Counted from the first letter of the whole stretch, positions 25,759-38,804 are shown. The stretch: 63,975 nt of DNA, filler included, from Chiloscyllium plagiosum (GCF_004010195.1; 5 parts of one record of this genome joined end to end with filler, not necessarily neighbours in it); one strand, 5' to 3'. The notes: a model not told the origin generated them from the sequence alone. Numbers and translations are program-made.

Positions 25759-26619
25759 NNNNNNNNNNNNNNNNNNNNNNNNNNNNNNNNNNNNNNNNNN
25801 NNNNNNNNNNNNNNNNNNNNNNNNNNNNNNNNNNNNNNNNNNNNNNNNNNNNNNNNNNNNNNNNNNNNNNNNNNNNNNNNNNNNNNNNNNNNNNNNNNNN
25901 NNNNNNNNNNNNNNNNNNNNNNNNNNNNNNNNNNNNNNNNNNNNNNNNNNNNNNNNNNNNNNNNNNNNNNNNNNNNNNNNNNNNNNNNNNNNNNNNNNNN
26001 NNNNNNNNNNNNNNNNNNNNNNNNNNNNNNNNNNNNNNNNNNNNNNNNNNNNNNNNNNNNNNNNNNNNNNNNNNNNNNNNNNNNNNNNNNNNNNNNNNNN
26101 NNNNNNNNNNNNNNNNNNNNNNNNNNNNNNNNNNNNNNNNNNNNNNNNNNNNNNNNNNNNNNNNNNNNNNNNNNNNNNNNNNNNNNNNNNNNNNNNNNNN
26201 NNNNNNNNNNNNNNNNNNNNNNNNNNNNNNNNNNNNNNNNNNNNNNNNNNNNNNNNNNNNNNNNNNNNNNNNNNNNNNNNNNNNNNNNNNNNNNNNNNNN
26301 NNNNNNNNNNNNNNNNNNNNNNNNNNNNNNNNNNNNNNNNNNNNNNNNNNNNNNNNNNNNNNNNNNNNNNNNNNNNNNNNNNNNNNNNNNNNNNNNNNNN
26401 NNNNNNNNNNNNNNNNNNNNNNNNNNNNNNNNNNNNNNNNNNNNNNNNNNNNNNNNNNNNNNNNNNNNNNNNNNNNNNNNNNNNNNNNNNNNNNNNNNNN
26501 NNNNNNNNNNNNNNNNNNNNNNNNNNNNNNNNNNNNNNNNNNNNNNNNNNNNNNNNNNNNNNNNNNNNNNNNNNNNNNNNNNNNNNNNNNNNNNNNNNNN
26601 NNNNNNNNNNNNNNNNNNA

Positions 26620-28285
26620 TGTTTTGGTTTATGCGAAGGTTGGTAGGGTGGAAGGTGAGCACCAGGGGCGTTCTGTCCTTGTTACGGTTGGAGGGGTGGG
26701 GTTGAGGGCAGAAGTGCGGGATGTGGATGAGATGCATTGGAGGCATCTTTAACCACGAGGGAAGGGAAATTGCGGTCTCTAAAGAAGGAGGCCATCTGGT
26801 GTGTTCTGTGGTGGAACTGGTCCTCCCAGGCGGAGGAATTGGGAATACAGGATGGGAATAGGGTGGGAAGAGGTGTAATCCAGGTAGCTGTGGAAGTCGG
26901 TGGATTTGTAAAAAATGTCAAGTCGGTCATCATTAATGAAGATGGAGAGGCCCAGGAAGGGGAGGGAGGTGACAGAGATGGTCCAGGTAAATTTAAGGTC
27001 AGGGTGGAATTAGATTAGATTAGATTACTTACAATGTGGAAATAGGCCCTTCGGCCCAACAAGTCCACACCGACCCGCTGAAGCGTATACCACCCAGACC
27101 CATACTCCTACATTTACCCCTTCACCTAACACTACGGGCAATTTAGCATGGCCAATTCACCTAACCTGCACATCTTTGGATTGTGGGAGGAAACCGGAGC
27201 ACCCGAAGGAAACCCACGCAGACACGGGGAGAATGTGCAAACTCCACACAGAGAGTTGCCTGAGGCGGGAGTTGAACCCGGGTCTCTGGCACTGTGAGGC
27301 ACTGTGCCACCGTGCCGCCCACACCGTGTGTTGGTGAAGGTGATGAATTGCTCAAACTCCTCGCGGGAGCACTAGGTGACGCCAATGCAGTCATCAATGT
27401 AGCGGAGGAAGAGGTGGGGAGTGGTGCCGGTGTAATTACGGAAGATCAACTGCTCTACGTAGCCGACAAAGAGACAGGCATAGCTGGGACCCATACCTGT
27501 ACCCATGGCTACCCCTTTGGTCTGGAGGAAGTGGGAGGATTCGAAGGAGAAATTGTTAAGGGTGAGGACCAGTTCAGCCAAATGAATGAGAGTGTCGGTG
27601 GAGGGGTACTGTTGGGGACGTCGGGAGAGGAAGAAATGGAGGGCTTGGAGGCCCTGGTCATGGCGGATGGAGGTGTAGAGGGATTGGATATCCATGGTGA
27701 AGATGAGGCGTTGGGGGCCGGGGAAACGGAAGGCCCCCAACGCCTCATCTTCACCATGGATATCCAATCCCTCTACACCCCCATCCACCCTGACCAGGGC
27801 CTCCAAGCCCTCCGTGTTTTCCTCTCCAGACGTCCCCAACAGTACCCTTCCACCGACACTCTCATTCGCTTGGCCGAACTGGTCCTCACCCTTAACAATT
27901 TCTCCTTTGAATCCTCCCACTTCCTCCAGACCAAAGGGGTAGCCATGGGCACACGTAAGGGCCCCAGCTATGCCTGTCTCTTTGTTGGCCACGTAGAGCA
28001 GTTGATCTTCCGTAATTACACCGGCACCACTCCCCACCTATTCCTCCGCTACATTGATGACTGCATTGGCGCCACCTCGTGCTCCCGCGAGGAGGTTGAG
28101 CAATTCATCAACTCCACCAACACATTCCACCCTGACCTTAAATTTACCTGGACCATCTCCGACACCTGGCTCCCCTTCCTGGACCTCTCCATCTCCATCA
28201 GTGACGACCGACTTGACACTGACATCTTCTACAAACCCACCGACTCCCACAGCTACCTGGATTACACCTCTTCCCACCCTAACTC
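26620..28285. mobile_element. Penelope-like RT palindrome (probably family A), centre near 27730
   Basis: Both arms encode QRLIFTMDIQSLYT...QTKGVAMGT...PSYACLF...RYIDD, pointing outward. Confidence 0.92.
27010..27325 (-). mobile_element. HE1-type V-SINE inserted in the PLE RT
   Basis: (TTAGA)n tail, V-domain and tRNA-like head; the PLE sequence resumes on both sides. Confidence 0.92.
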
Positions 28286-28523
28286 NNNNNNNNNNNNNNN
28301 NNNNNNNNNNNNNNNNNNNNNNNNNNNNNNNNNNNNNNNNNNNNNNNNNNNNNNNNNNNNNNNNNNNNNNNNNNNNNNNNNNNNNNNNNNNNNNNNNNNN
28401 NNNNNNNNNNNNNNNNNNNNNNNNNNNNNNNNNNNNNNNNNNNNNNNNNNNNNNNNNNNNNNNNNNNNNNNNNNNNNNNNNNNNNNNNNNNNNNNNNNNG
28501 GGGGGGGGGGGGGGGGGGGGGGG

Positions 28524-29645
28524 CAGGTGCATGTCAGCAGAATACAGGTGAGTGGCGTTGGTGGGGATAGAAGTGGTGGCAAACATGGCAGTAGGAGTGG
28601 CAGAAGTCACTAAGCGTGTGACATCAGTGATGATGTGAGGGGCGGAAGTGATGTCACGTGTGGTGCATGAGGAATTGTGAGGGGCGGAAGTGGCCATTGA
28701 AGCGGCCATGATGGGAGCGGAAGTGATGTCATCGATCACCGTGGGGATGGTAGCTGCACCAGCCGCATGGCTAATGGTGTCCGAACAGTTCCAGAGGCCG
28801 GGGAAATCTTCTGGAATGTTTGAGGAGCGCTGGTTACGGGGGTGGGTAGATAAAAGTTTGTTGTACTTACAGTTTTTGATGTTTCAGATGGAGTTGAAAT
28901 ACTGTTTGTTGAGAGTATGAATTCCCCTGAGGATGTAGGACAGAGTAGGTCCTTTGCAATTCTGAGAGAGTGTGGCCCTCAGCTGAGGCAGGGCTGACTG
29001 TAGAGAGGTTAGGTGCCGGCGCATTGCTGCAAGCGTGGAGCGGAGGATCTTGAAAGAGAACTGTTGCTGGTGTTTTTGAATCTGTAGTCTGTACTGTTTG
29101 TCCTGTTCGGGTCCGAACTCTGCTGGTTTAAAGGTGGTCTGGAGTCCGTGTGGGATGAGTTGGTTACAGAGGCAGGCAAATGTGGCTGTGATAGCGAGTT
29201 TGTTTCAGGACATGGTTGAAGAGTTTCAGGACAGTGAAAATGACCTGGGAGTTGCAGTGGGAGAGGGACTCCCTGAGATTCTTGGAGAGAGAGGGGGAAA
29301 ACTTCTTCAAGGCAGGCATCCTTGCAAGAGGGTTCGCAGTAGCGTTAAAATCAACTAGGTAAAAACAATGACTGCAGAGGCTGGAAACCAGATTTTGGAT
29401 TAGAATGGTGCTGGAAAAGCACAGCAGTTCTGGCAGAATCCGAGGAGCAAGAAAATCGACGTTTCGGGCAAAAGCCCTTCATCAGGAATAGAGGCAGAGT
29501 GCCTGCAGGGTGGAGAGACAAATGAAAGGAGGGTGTGGGTGGGGAGAAAGTAGCATGGAGTACAATAGGTGAGTGTGTGTGGGGATGGAGGTGATAGGTC
29601 AGAGAGGAGGGTGGAGTGGATAGATGGAAAGGGAGATCGACAGGT
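28524..29645 (-). mobile_element. PLE family A 5' region: terminal repeat followed by ORF N-terminus
   Basis: Terminal repeat 29355-29645, then C..NQLIPHGLQTTFKP...RSTLAAMRRHL N-terminal PLE motif and a TSAP-rich linker. Confidence 0.8.
29458..29485 (-). ncRNA. Minimal hammerhead ribozyme-like motif (family A), intact core
   Basis: CUGAUGA-A-GGGC-UUUU-GCCC-GAAACGUC; stem I pairing weak. Confidence 0.7.
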
Positions 29646-29685
29646 AGCACAGTGATATACACATTGATGGGGAACACAGTGACAT

Positions 29686-30531
29686 AGGAGGGCTGTTGTC
29701 TGCTGCAAAGGGACTTAGATATGATGCAGAGCTGGGCTGAGGAGTGGCAGATGGAGTTCAACCCTGTCAAGTGTGAGGTTGTCCATTTTGGAAGGACAAA
29801 TAAGAATGCGGAATATAGGGTTAACGGTAGGGTTCTTAGTGAGGTGGAGGAGCAGAGGGATCTTGGGGTCTATGTTCATAGCTCTTTGAAAGTTGCCACT
29901 CAGGTGGATAGAGCTTGTAAGAAGGCCTATGGTGTATTAGCATTCATTAGCAGAGGGACTGAATTCAAGACTCGTGAGGTGATGTTGCAGCTGTACAGGA
30001 TCTTGGTAAGGTCACATTTGGAGTACTGTGTGCAGTTCTGGTCGCCTCATTTTAGGAAAGATGTGGAAGTTTTGGAGAGGGTGCAGAGGAGATTTACCAG
30101 GATGTTGCCTGGAATGGAGAATTGGTCGTACGAGGATAGGTTGAGAGTGCTAGATCTTTTCTCATTGGAACGGCGAAGGATGAGGGGTGACTTGATAGAG
30201 GTTTATAAGATGATCAGGGGAATAGATAGAGAAGAGAGTCAGAGACTTTTTCCCCGGGTACAACAGAGTGTTACAGGGAGACATAAATTTAAGGTGAAGG
30301 GTGGAAGGTATAGGGGGGATGTCAGGGGTAGGTTCTTTACCCAGAGAGTGGTGGGGGCATGGAATGCGCTGCCTGTGGGAGTGGCAGAGTCAGAATCATT
30401 GGTGACCTTTAAGCGGCAATTGGATAGGTACATGGATAGGTGCTTATGCTAGGACAAATGTTCTGCATAACATCGTGGGCCGAAGGGCCTGTTCTGTGCT
30501 GTATTGTTCTATGTTCGATGTTCTATGTTCT
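29686..30531 (+). mobile_element. Young CR1 3' fragment with uninterrupted 243-aa ORF2 C-terminus
   Basis: ORF 29721-30452 WAEEWQMEFN...[13 protein letters not shown]...FFTQRVVGAWNALP; (TTCTATG)n tail. Confidence 0.95.
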
Positions 30532-32420
30532 ATACACATGGACTGGAAACACAGTGATATACACATTGACTGGGAAATTTGTGATATACACATTGACTGG
30601 GTAGACTGTGATATACACATGGACTGGGAACACTGTGATATACACGTTGACTGGGAAGACTGTGATATCCACATGGACTGGAAACACAGTGATATACACA
30701 TTGACTGGGAAGACTGTGATATACATATGGACTGGGAGCACAGTGACAGACACATGAACTGGGAACACAGTGATATACACGTGGACTGGGAGCACAGTGA
30801 TATACACGTAGACTGGCAACAGAGTGACATACACGTGAACTGCGAACATGGTGATATACACATTGATGGGGAACACAGTGATATATATATTTACTGGGAA
30901 CACAGTGATATACACACTGACTGGGTGCACAGTGATATACATATGGACTGGGAACAAGGTGATGTACACAAGGACTGGGAACACAGTGATATACACATTG
31001 ACTGGGAGCGTAGTGATATAGACATTGACTGGGAACACTATTATACACATTTCCTGGGAACACTGATATACACAAGGACTGGGAGCACAGTGACATACAC
31101 ACTGACTGAAAACACAGTGATATACACACTACTGGGAACATTGTGATATACACACTGGGAGCACAGTGACATACACATTGACTGGGAACACAGTGATATA
31201 CACACTACTGGGAACACTGTGATATATACACTGGGAACACTGATATACACATTGACCGGGAACACAGTGATGTACACATTGACAGGGAGCACAGTGATAT
31301 ACACATTGACTGGGAACACTGTGATATACACATTGACTGGGAGCACAGTGGTATATACGTGGACTGGCAACACAGTGACATACACATGAACTGCGAACAT
31401 GGTGATATACACATTGATGGGGAACACAGTGATATGCACATTGACTGTGAGGACAGTGATATACACACTGGACTGGGAACACGGTGATATACACATTGAC
31501 TGGGAAAACAGTGATATACACATTGACTGGGAACACTGTGATATACACATTGACTGGGAAAACAGTGATATGCACATTGACTGTGAGGACAGTGATATAC
31601 ACACTGACTGGGAACACAGTGATATACACATTGACTGGGAACACTGTGATATACACATTGACTGGGAGTGTAGTGATATACACACTGACTGGGAACACTG
31701 TGATATACACATTGACTGGGAGCACAGTGACATACACATTGACTGGGAGCACAGTGATATACACACTGACTGGGAACACTGTGATATACACATTGACTGG
31801 GAACACAGTGATATACACATTGACTGGGAGTGTAGTGATATACACATGGACTGGGAACACTGTATTATACACATTTACTGGGAACACTGATATACACATG
31901 GACTGGGAGCACAGTGACATACACACTGACTGGAAACACAGTGATATACACATGGACTGGGAACACTGTATTATACACATTTACTGGGAACATGGATATA
32001 CACATGGACTGGGAGCACAGTGACATACACACTGACTGAAAACACAGTGATATACACACTACTGGGAACACTGTAATATATACACTGGGAACACTGTGAT
32101 ATACACATTGACCGGGAACACAGTGACATACACATTGACTGGGAGCACAGTGATATACACACTGACTGGGAACACTGTGATACACATTGACTGGGAACAC
32201 AGTGACATACACATTGACTGGGAGCACAGTGACATACACATTGACTGGGAGCACAGTGTTATATACACTGGCTGGGAACACTGTGATATACACATTGACT
32301 GGGAACACAGTGATATACACACTGACTGGGAACACTGTAATATACAAACTGACTGGGAACACTGTGATATACACATTGACTGGGTGCACAGTGAAGTACA
32401 CATTGCCTGGAAACGCAGTA
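30532..32420. repeat. 27-bp satellite, block 3 (more diverged, with shorter variant units)
   Basis: About 70 units. Confidence 0.96.
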
Positions 32421-32899
32421 AATACGTACAGATATTTGGGTCATATTGGTACACAGAAGTTTCTACTTTTATTTTTCATTCCCAGAATCTGCAGTGTTTT
32501 GCTTTTATTCGATTAGTATGAATTCCTATCAGGGATGGTCAATGCTGGACCAATTGTGGGTCGTAACCAGAGGTGGTAGTGGGTGAGTATTCTGGAAAGA
32601 CAGGGCAGGGTTTTGGATTAGTGGAAGGCTGATTTTATGAAGATAAGGGAAGATCGGGTCATGATTGACTAATTGAGAATAATTCTACAGTAAAACAGTG
32701 GAGGTGGGGATTATTCAAAGTGGAACTGGGGAAAATAAGGGCTCAACTTGTTCCCTTTAGAGTGAAATGTAGGAACTACATTCCCAGAGAAGATGGATAT
32801 CTTGGAGTATTCAGGACTGAAGGAAAATGCAAAGGGAGATATCTAACAGGCACATAGGGAGTAAATCAGCAGCGATGGTGTATAATAATCATGTAACTG

Positions 32900-33905
32900 A
32901 ACACAGAGTGTATGCTGGGATGGGGGATTTCAATGGGCTATCACCAACAGTGGCTTGCCAGTAGCACTCCTGATCAAGCTGGTCGGGTCCTAAAGGACAT
33001 TGCTGCTAGGCTGGGCTTGTAGCAGATGATGAGGAACCAAGTGAAGGGGAAAATTGGCTTGACCTCATGTAACGTATCAATCCATGGCAGTCTCGGTAGG
33101 AATGGCCACACATAGTCCTTGTGATGGAGACAAAGTCCTGTCCTTACATTAAGAATACCCTCCATTTGATGGCACTAACACCACCCGGACAGGGATGGAT
33201 TTTGAACAGATCTAGAAACCCAAAGCTGGACATCCATGAGGCACTGTGGCCACCAACAACAGCAGAACTGTACTCCAGCACAATCTGTAACCTCATGGCC
33301 CAGCCATGTGCCCCACTCAACCATTACCATCCAACCAGGGGATCAACCCTGGTTCAATGGAGAGTGCAGGAGGGCATGCCAGGAGCAGCACCAGGCAGAC
33401 CTGAAAATGTGGTTTCAACCTGGCGAAGCTACCAAACAGGATGACATGCATGCCAAACAGCATCAACAGCAAATGATTGACAGAGCTAAGCGATCCCAAA
33501 ACCAACAGATCAGATCTAAGCTCTGCAGTCCTGCTGCATCCAGTTGGGAATGATGGTGGATAATTAAACAGCTCACTGAAGGAGGAAACTCCACGAATAT
33601 CCCCATCCTCAATGATGGAGGAGCATAGCACATCAGCACAAAAGATAAAGCTGAAGCTTTAACCTCAATCTTCAGCTAGAAGTGCAGAGTGGATGATCCA
33701 TCTCCGCCTTCTCCAGTGATCCCCAGTTATCACCAATGCCAATCTTCAGCTCCAAATCAATTCACTCCACGTGATAAAAAGAAACAGGTAAAGACACTAG
33801 ATACTGAAAAGGCTATGGGCCCTGACAACATTCTGGCAATAGTATTGAAGACTTGTGCTCCAGAATGTGCTGCTCCCCTAGCCATGCTGTCCCAGTACAG
33901 TTACA
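32900..33905 (+). mobile_element. Second CR1/L2-like LINE family, EN/linker region
   Basis: GDFN, DQPWFNGECRRACQEQHQA, KAMGPDNILAIVLKTCAPE; paralogous to 57110-58100. Confidence 0.85.
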
Positions 33906-33929
33906 CACTGGAATCAAACTGACAATTGA

Positions 33930-34750
33930 TAACCACAATCTGACACATATTGCTGTCGGAAATGTTCCTGAACACAATCCAGGAATTTTGCTGCCCTTTA
34001 TATTCCCAGTATACAAGTTGCTATACAGGTAATTAAAATACTCTTTTCTCACCACGCTATGCTGTTTGCACCTCTCTCGAATTTCCTTGTAGATTTGTTC
34101 TTCTAAAATCTTCACACAACGGGCTGCTCTATAGATGAGACCAAGCAATATAACTGCACCCTTCTTACTGCTGACCTCTAGCCAAATCGATTCTGAAACA
34201 TTCCTTTCCTTAACTAAAAACACCAGTCCTCCTGCTCTTTACCCTGTTGATCCTTTCTGAACACCTTGTACCCAGGAATATTTAACTCCGACCTCTCATT
34301 CCTTAAACCTGTTCTCTGTTATGGCCATGACATGATAGTCCCACACAGAAGTAGGATGTGTAACTCCCCAGTCTCATTCAGGCAGAGTAACTCTGAATCA
34401 AACTTCCTGACCTTCCCTGTACTCCAACTCCACCTATTAACTTATTCCTTTTAGTTTAGTCCTGCCCACCTCACCCAGCATCTTGTACACCCTGGTTTCA
34501 CTTTCTGTCCTGTTTCCCACATTAGCTGAGGTAGTTCTGATCTTCCCAATAAGCACCATCAGATCATCCCTCCTGCACCATCTTTCCAGTATTCATCTGT
34601 ACTCATCTGCTTGTGGGATCATGAATAATCTGGAGATTACTATTTTAAACATCCTGCTGGTTATTTTTCCACCTTGGTCCTGAATTCTGATTGCAGGACC
34701 ACATCCCTGTTCCTATCTATGTTGTTAGTGCCAATGTGGACCACAGCCTT
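33930..34750 (-). mobile_element. Decayed CR1 ORF1/EN fragment
   Basis: VVHIGTNNI (SGNH block) and ESIWLEV...ILLGLIYR on minus. Confidence 0.6.
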
Positions 34751-35257
34751 TGAATTTCTGTCTGCTTGGTAGGATGCGGTGATTGGAGACCTGCCGTGTT
34801 CTCTGCTGGGATCTCAACTTCTTATACTTCACATCAATGATTTCGTTGAGGGGAGCTAAGATGTGGTGTCTACATTCTCAGGAAACACCAAAATAATTTC
34901 TTTCTCTCCACAGATGCTGCCAGACTTGCTGAGTTTCTCTAGCAATTTCTGTTTTTGTTTCAGATTTTCAACGTCCATCCCGTTTTACTTTAGGTCAGAA
35001 AGTATGTGGTGACAAAGACGTCGGAAGAGATGGATATGTCGACTGAGTGGGCCAGATGGAATAAAATGTGGGAAATTGTGACTATGGCAATGAAAAATGA
35101 AAAAAAAGAGTATGACTTAAATGGAGAATGGCTGCAGAATTCTATTATGCTTTTCACATCTACATAAACGTAAATGTTTTATTGTCTCATACAAGGGTTT
35201 TAAGTGTTCTGACGTCTGAGTCACAAAAGGTCAGTTTGTAGGTGTAGCATGTAGTCT

Positions 35258-35369
35258 AGATCAGACTGGTGCTGGAAAAGCACAGCAGGTCAGGCAGCAT
35301 CCGAGGAGCAGGAAAATTGATGTTTCGGGCAAAAGGAATAGAGGCAGAGAGCCTGAAGGGTGGAGAGAG
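35258..35369 (-). mobile_element. PLE family A terminal-repeat fragment
   Basis: Homology to 29400-29515; near-TSD GT(G/A)TAGCATGTA on both sides. Confidence 0.75.
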
Positions 35370-35444
35370 GTATAGCATGTACTCAGGAAGTGAATGGGGT
35401 CTTCTCCTCAATGATGTGAGCATCTGTGAAGAAATATCACTGAC

Positions 35445-35644
35445 CTTCTTGTTCTTTGGTGGAATCCGGCGATTTCTGCTTTTCTTCACCAGTTGTTTGA
35501 GGATCTGTGTCTGGGTTTGAGCTGATGTAGTATGAGTGCTGAACAACATGGTTGTTACCAGCACCTCCTTGATGTTTCTGCCGGCCTTGCTGTCAGCAGG
35601 AACACTGTATCTCCTCAAGAACTCCACTCGCTGGCCACTGCAAA
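35445..35644 (-). CDS. Candidate minus-strand coding exon, unidentified
   Basis: TTTTTTGCTTTGCCTGGTGCAG acceptor, AAG|GTCAGT donor, single open frame CSGQRVEFLRRYSVPADSKAGRNIKEVLVTTMLF...KKSRNRRIPPKNKK. Confidence 0.3.
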
Positions 35645-35807
35645 CTGCACCAGGCAAAGCAAAAAAGGCAATCCTCATTAATTCCCTGTGGCTGACATCA
35701 AAGCAGTCACTAGTAGAATTTCTTCCCAGCATTTCAGGTCACACTCAAGAGAAATTTGAGTTACCCACTCATGCTTGCATTCTAAAGCAGTATTCTGGCA
35801 GGATGTG

Positions 35808-38270
35808 CCAAGGCCACACTTGGAATATTGTGTTCAGTTTTGGTCACCTCATTATAGGAAGGATGTGGAAGCTTTAGAGAGGGTGCAGAGGAGATTTACC
35901 AGGATGCTGCCTGGACTGGAAGGCATGTCTTATGAAGAAAGGTTGAGGGAGCTAGGGCTTTTCTCATTGGAGTGAAGAAGGATGAGAGGTAACTTGATAG
36001 AGGTGTACAAGATGATGAGAGGCATAGATAGAGTGGAGGAGAGAGAGGGCCTGGATGGGTCTGTGGAGAGGAAGAGGCAGAGGGCCTGGAGGCCATCCTT
36101 GTGGGGTATGGACGTGTATAAGCACTGCACATCAATAGGGAAGAGAAAGCGCTGGGGGTTGGGGAACTCGATGTTGCTGAAGAGATGGAGAGAGTGGTTG
36201 GTGATATAGGTGGAAAGTACCTGAACCAAGGGGGAGAAGATGGAGTCGAGGTAGGATGAGATGAGTTGGCGGGGCAGGAACATGCCAAGACGATGGGTCA
36301 GCCGGGGTAGTTGGGCTTGTTGAGCTTGGGAAGCAGGTAGAACCGGGCAGTGCAGGGCTGGGGGACTATGAGTTTAGAGGCAGTAGAGGGGAGATCACTG
36401 GAGGCAATGAGAGCAAGGACAGTGTGGGTGATTGTGCCCTGATGGGTCGTGGGCAAGGGGGAGGTAGGATGTGGTGCTGAACTAGTCCTCACCTTCAACA
36501 ACTCTTCCTTTAATTACTCCCATTTCCTCCAAATCAAGAGGATGGTCATGGGCCCCAGCTACACCTGCCTCTTTATTGGCTATGTCGAACAGTCCTTCTT
36601 CAGTCCCTATACAGGCACTGTGCCCCAACTCTTCCACCATTACATTGATGACTGCATTGGTCCAGTGTCCTGTACCCAGGCTGAACTGGAGCAGTTCATT
36701 CACTTCGCCCACAACTTCCACCCCACCCTCATATTCACTTGGTCCATCTCAGGCATCTCCCTCCCTCACCCTTCTTGACATCTCCATTTTCATCTCCGGT
36801 GACAGTGTCCAGATGGATGTTTACTATAAACCCACAGACTTCCATAACCACCTGGACTACACCTCTTCCTACCCAGTATCCTGCAAGAACTCCATCCCAT
36901 TCTCCCAATTCCTCTGCCTCCGCCGCATTTGCTCTGAGGAGACATTCCAATCACGAGCATCCCAGATATCCACCTATTTTGAACAACGTGTTTTTCCTCC
37001 CTATGTCATTCAGACAGCCCTCCACTGCACCACCTCCATTTCCTGTTCCACTGCTCTAAACCCCTCCCCCTTCCAAAGCAATAAAGACAGAGTCCCTCCT
37101 GTCCTCACCTACCACCCCACCAGTTTCCACATCCAATGCATCATTATCCTTAAACACTTCCGCCAACTCAAACTAGACTCCACCACCAAGAATATCTTCC
37201 CCTCCCCACTCCCCGTAAGGACCGTTCCCTTCGACAGTCCTTGGTTTGCACCACTCTCTCCACCAACGCCCCCGAACCCCCAGGTACTTTCCCCTGCAAC
37301 TGGAAAAGATGCAAAATCTGCCGGTGCACCACCTCCTCACCTCCATCCCGGGCTCCAACCAGACCTTCCAGGTGAGACAGAGGTTCACCTGCCTCTCCTC
37401 CAACCTAGTTTACTATATCTAGTGCTCCCGCTGCCGTCTTCTCTACATTAGGGAGACCAATTGTAAATGTAGGGAATGGTTCACTGAGCATCTCAGCCGG
37501 GCCCGCAGGGGCTAACCAGACTCTCAGTCACCGCCCATTTTGATTCCCCTTCCCATTCCCTTTCCGACATCCTTGGCTTCCTCCATTGCCAAAACGAACC
37601 AAACCACAAATTGGAGGAACAACATCTCAGCTTCTTCCTGAGCAGCCTCCAGCACGGAGGACTCCACATTGAGTTCTCCAATTTCAAATACCCTTCCTTT
37701 CCCACCCCCCATCTCCCTTCCCAGTCCCTCCCCTTCCATTCCACTCCTCCCAGCCTCCTAACAGATTCATTCTTCCCACTGACCAATCAGGTTATACTCT
37801 CTGCCTGTCTTCACCTATCCTCACCTCACCGCCCTGCCCCCACCACCCCCTTTACCTGCAGCTCCCCTCACACCCACCCCCCAGTCCTGAAGAAGGGTTA
37901 CACCTGAAACATCAATTTCTCCACTTCCTGATGCTGCCTGGCTTGCTGTGTTCTTCCAGCCTCCTGTCTGTTTATTATGGATAGAGTGGATAGCTAGAGA
38001 CATATTCCCAGGGCAGAATTGTCTATCATGAGGGGGTACAATTTCCAGGTGATTGGAGGAAGGTTGAAGGGAGATGCCAGAGGTCGGTTCTTTACCCGTG
38101 TGTGGAATGCATTGCCAGCAGTGGGAGGAGAGTCAGAGACATTAGGGACATTTAAGGCACATGGAAGATAGTACAATGAAGAGTATGTAGATTAGTCTGA
38201 TCTTAGAGTAGAATAAAAGGTCGACACAACATCCAAGAGTCGAAGGGCCTGTACTGTGCTGCACTGTTCT
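35808..38270 (+). mobile_element. CR1 3' fragment split by a PLE insertion
   Basis: [11 protein letters not shown]...RGIDRV at 35808-36037 resumes at 37980 and runs to the tail. Confidence 0.9.
36038..37979 (+). mobile_element. Penelope-like element (RT + GIY-YIG + terminal repeat) with 5' inversion and 11-bp TSD
   Basis: TSD GATAGAGTGGA at 36027-36037 and 37980-37990; 36038-36470 inverted (RFYLLPK, DVQCLYTSIPH); YIDD; degenerate hammerhead at 37887-37913. Confidence 0.9.
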
Positions 38271-38279
38271 ATGATCTAT

Positions 38280-38590
38280 CGTAGAGATGTTAAGCCAAGA
38301 CCCAGACTGCCCTCTCATATGGACATGTATCCCATGGCACCATTCAAAGAAAGGCTGGGGATTTTTACCTTGCATTGATGCTACAAACAACATTACCAAA
38401 ACCAATTCTCTGGTCATTTTCAAACTGTCGTCATTGTTTCTCAGTGTGAAAATTGGCTGATGGGATGGTTACATTACAACAGTGGCTGCATTCCATTATG
38501 TAAAGCTTTGGGATGACCCGAGGGGGTAACAAACGCAAAGAGAAAAACAACTTGCTTTCTGAAGCACCTATATAAATGTAAATGTTTTGT
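38280..38590 (+). mobile_element. DeuSINE-like (SacSINE1/AmnSINE-type) remnant
   Basis: Degenerate Deu-domain strings ATCCCATGGCAC, CTGGTCATT, AAATTGGCTG, ACATTACAACAGTG, GTAAAGCTTTGGGA. Confidence 0.6.
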
Positions 38591-38804
38591 TCTTTCTTAA
38601 TGGCCCTGATTCAGTGGGGTGCCTGAGGTAGACAGCTCATAACTCAGCAAGGGTCTGTTCCTGCTTAAAGCTACAAGTGTGAATGATGTAAACACATCAG
38701 CTGGAACAGGAGATGTGACGGGGAGGGGCAGAATCAAATCAACTGATCATAAAGAACGAGCAATACAGCAGCTCGGTTACACAAACCTGAAGGAATGCAC
38801 GAGG

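Noticed and set aside
25259..26752. ORFs of 300-500 aa spanning N gaps (also 27294-28613 and 48175-48798)
   Set aside because: Length is inflated by X residues; the real parts are PLE or CR1 fragments
28500..28523. Poly-G run, possible G-quadruplex
   Set aside because: Abuts a gap; may be a sequencing artefact or a simple homopolymer inside the PLE
21463..32521. Long repetitive ORFs (DWEHSDIHI, TLTGNTVIY, VYITVFPVN repeats)
   Set aside because: By-product of a 27-bp (multiple of 3) satellite that is open in several frames on both strands; no gene structure
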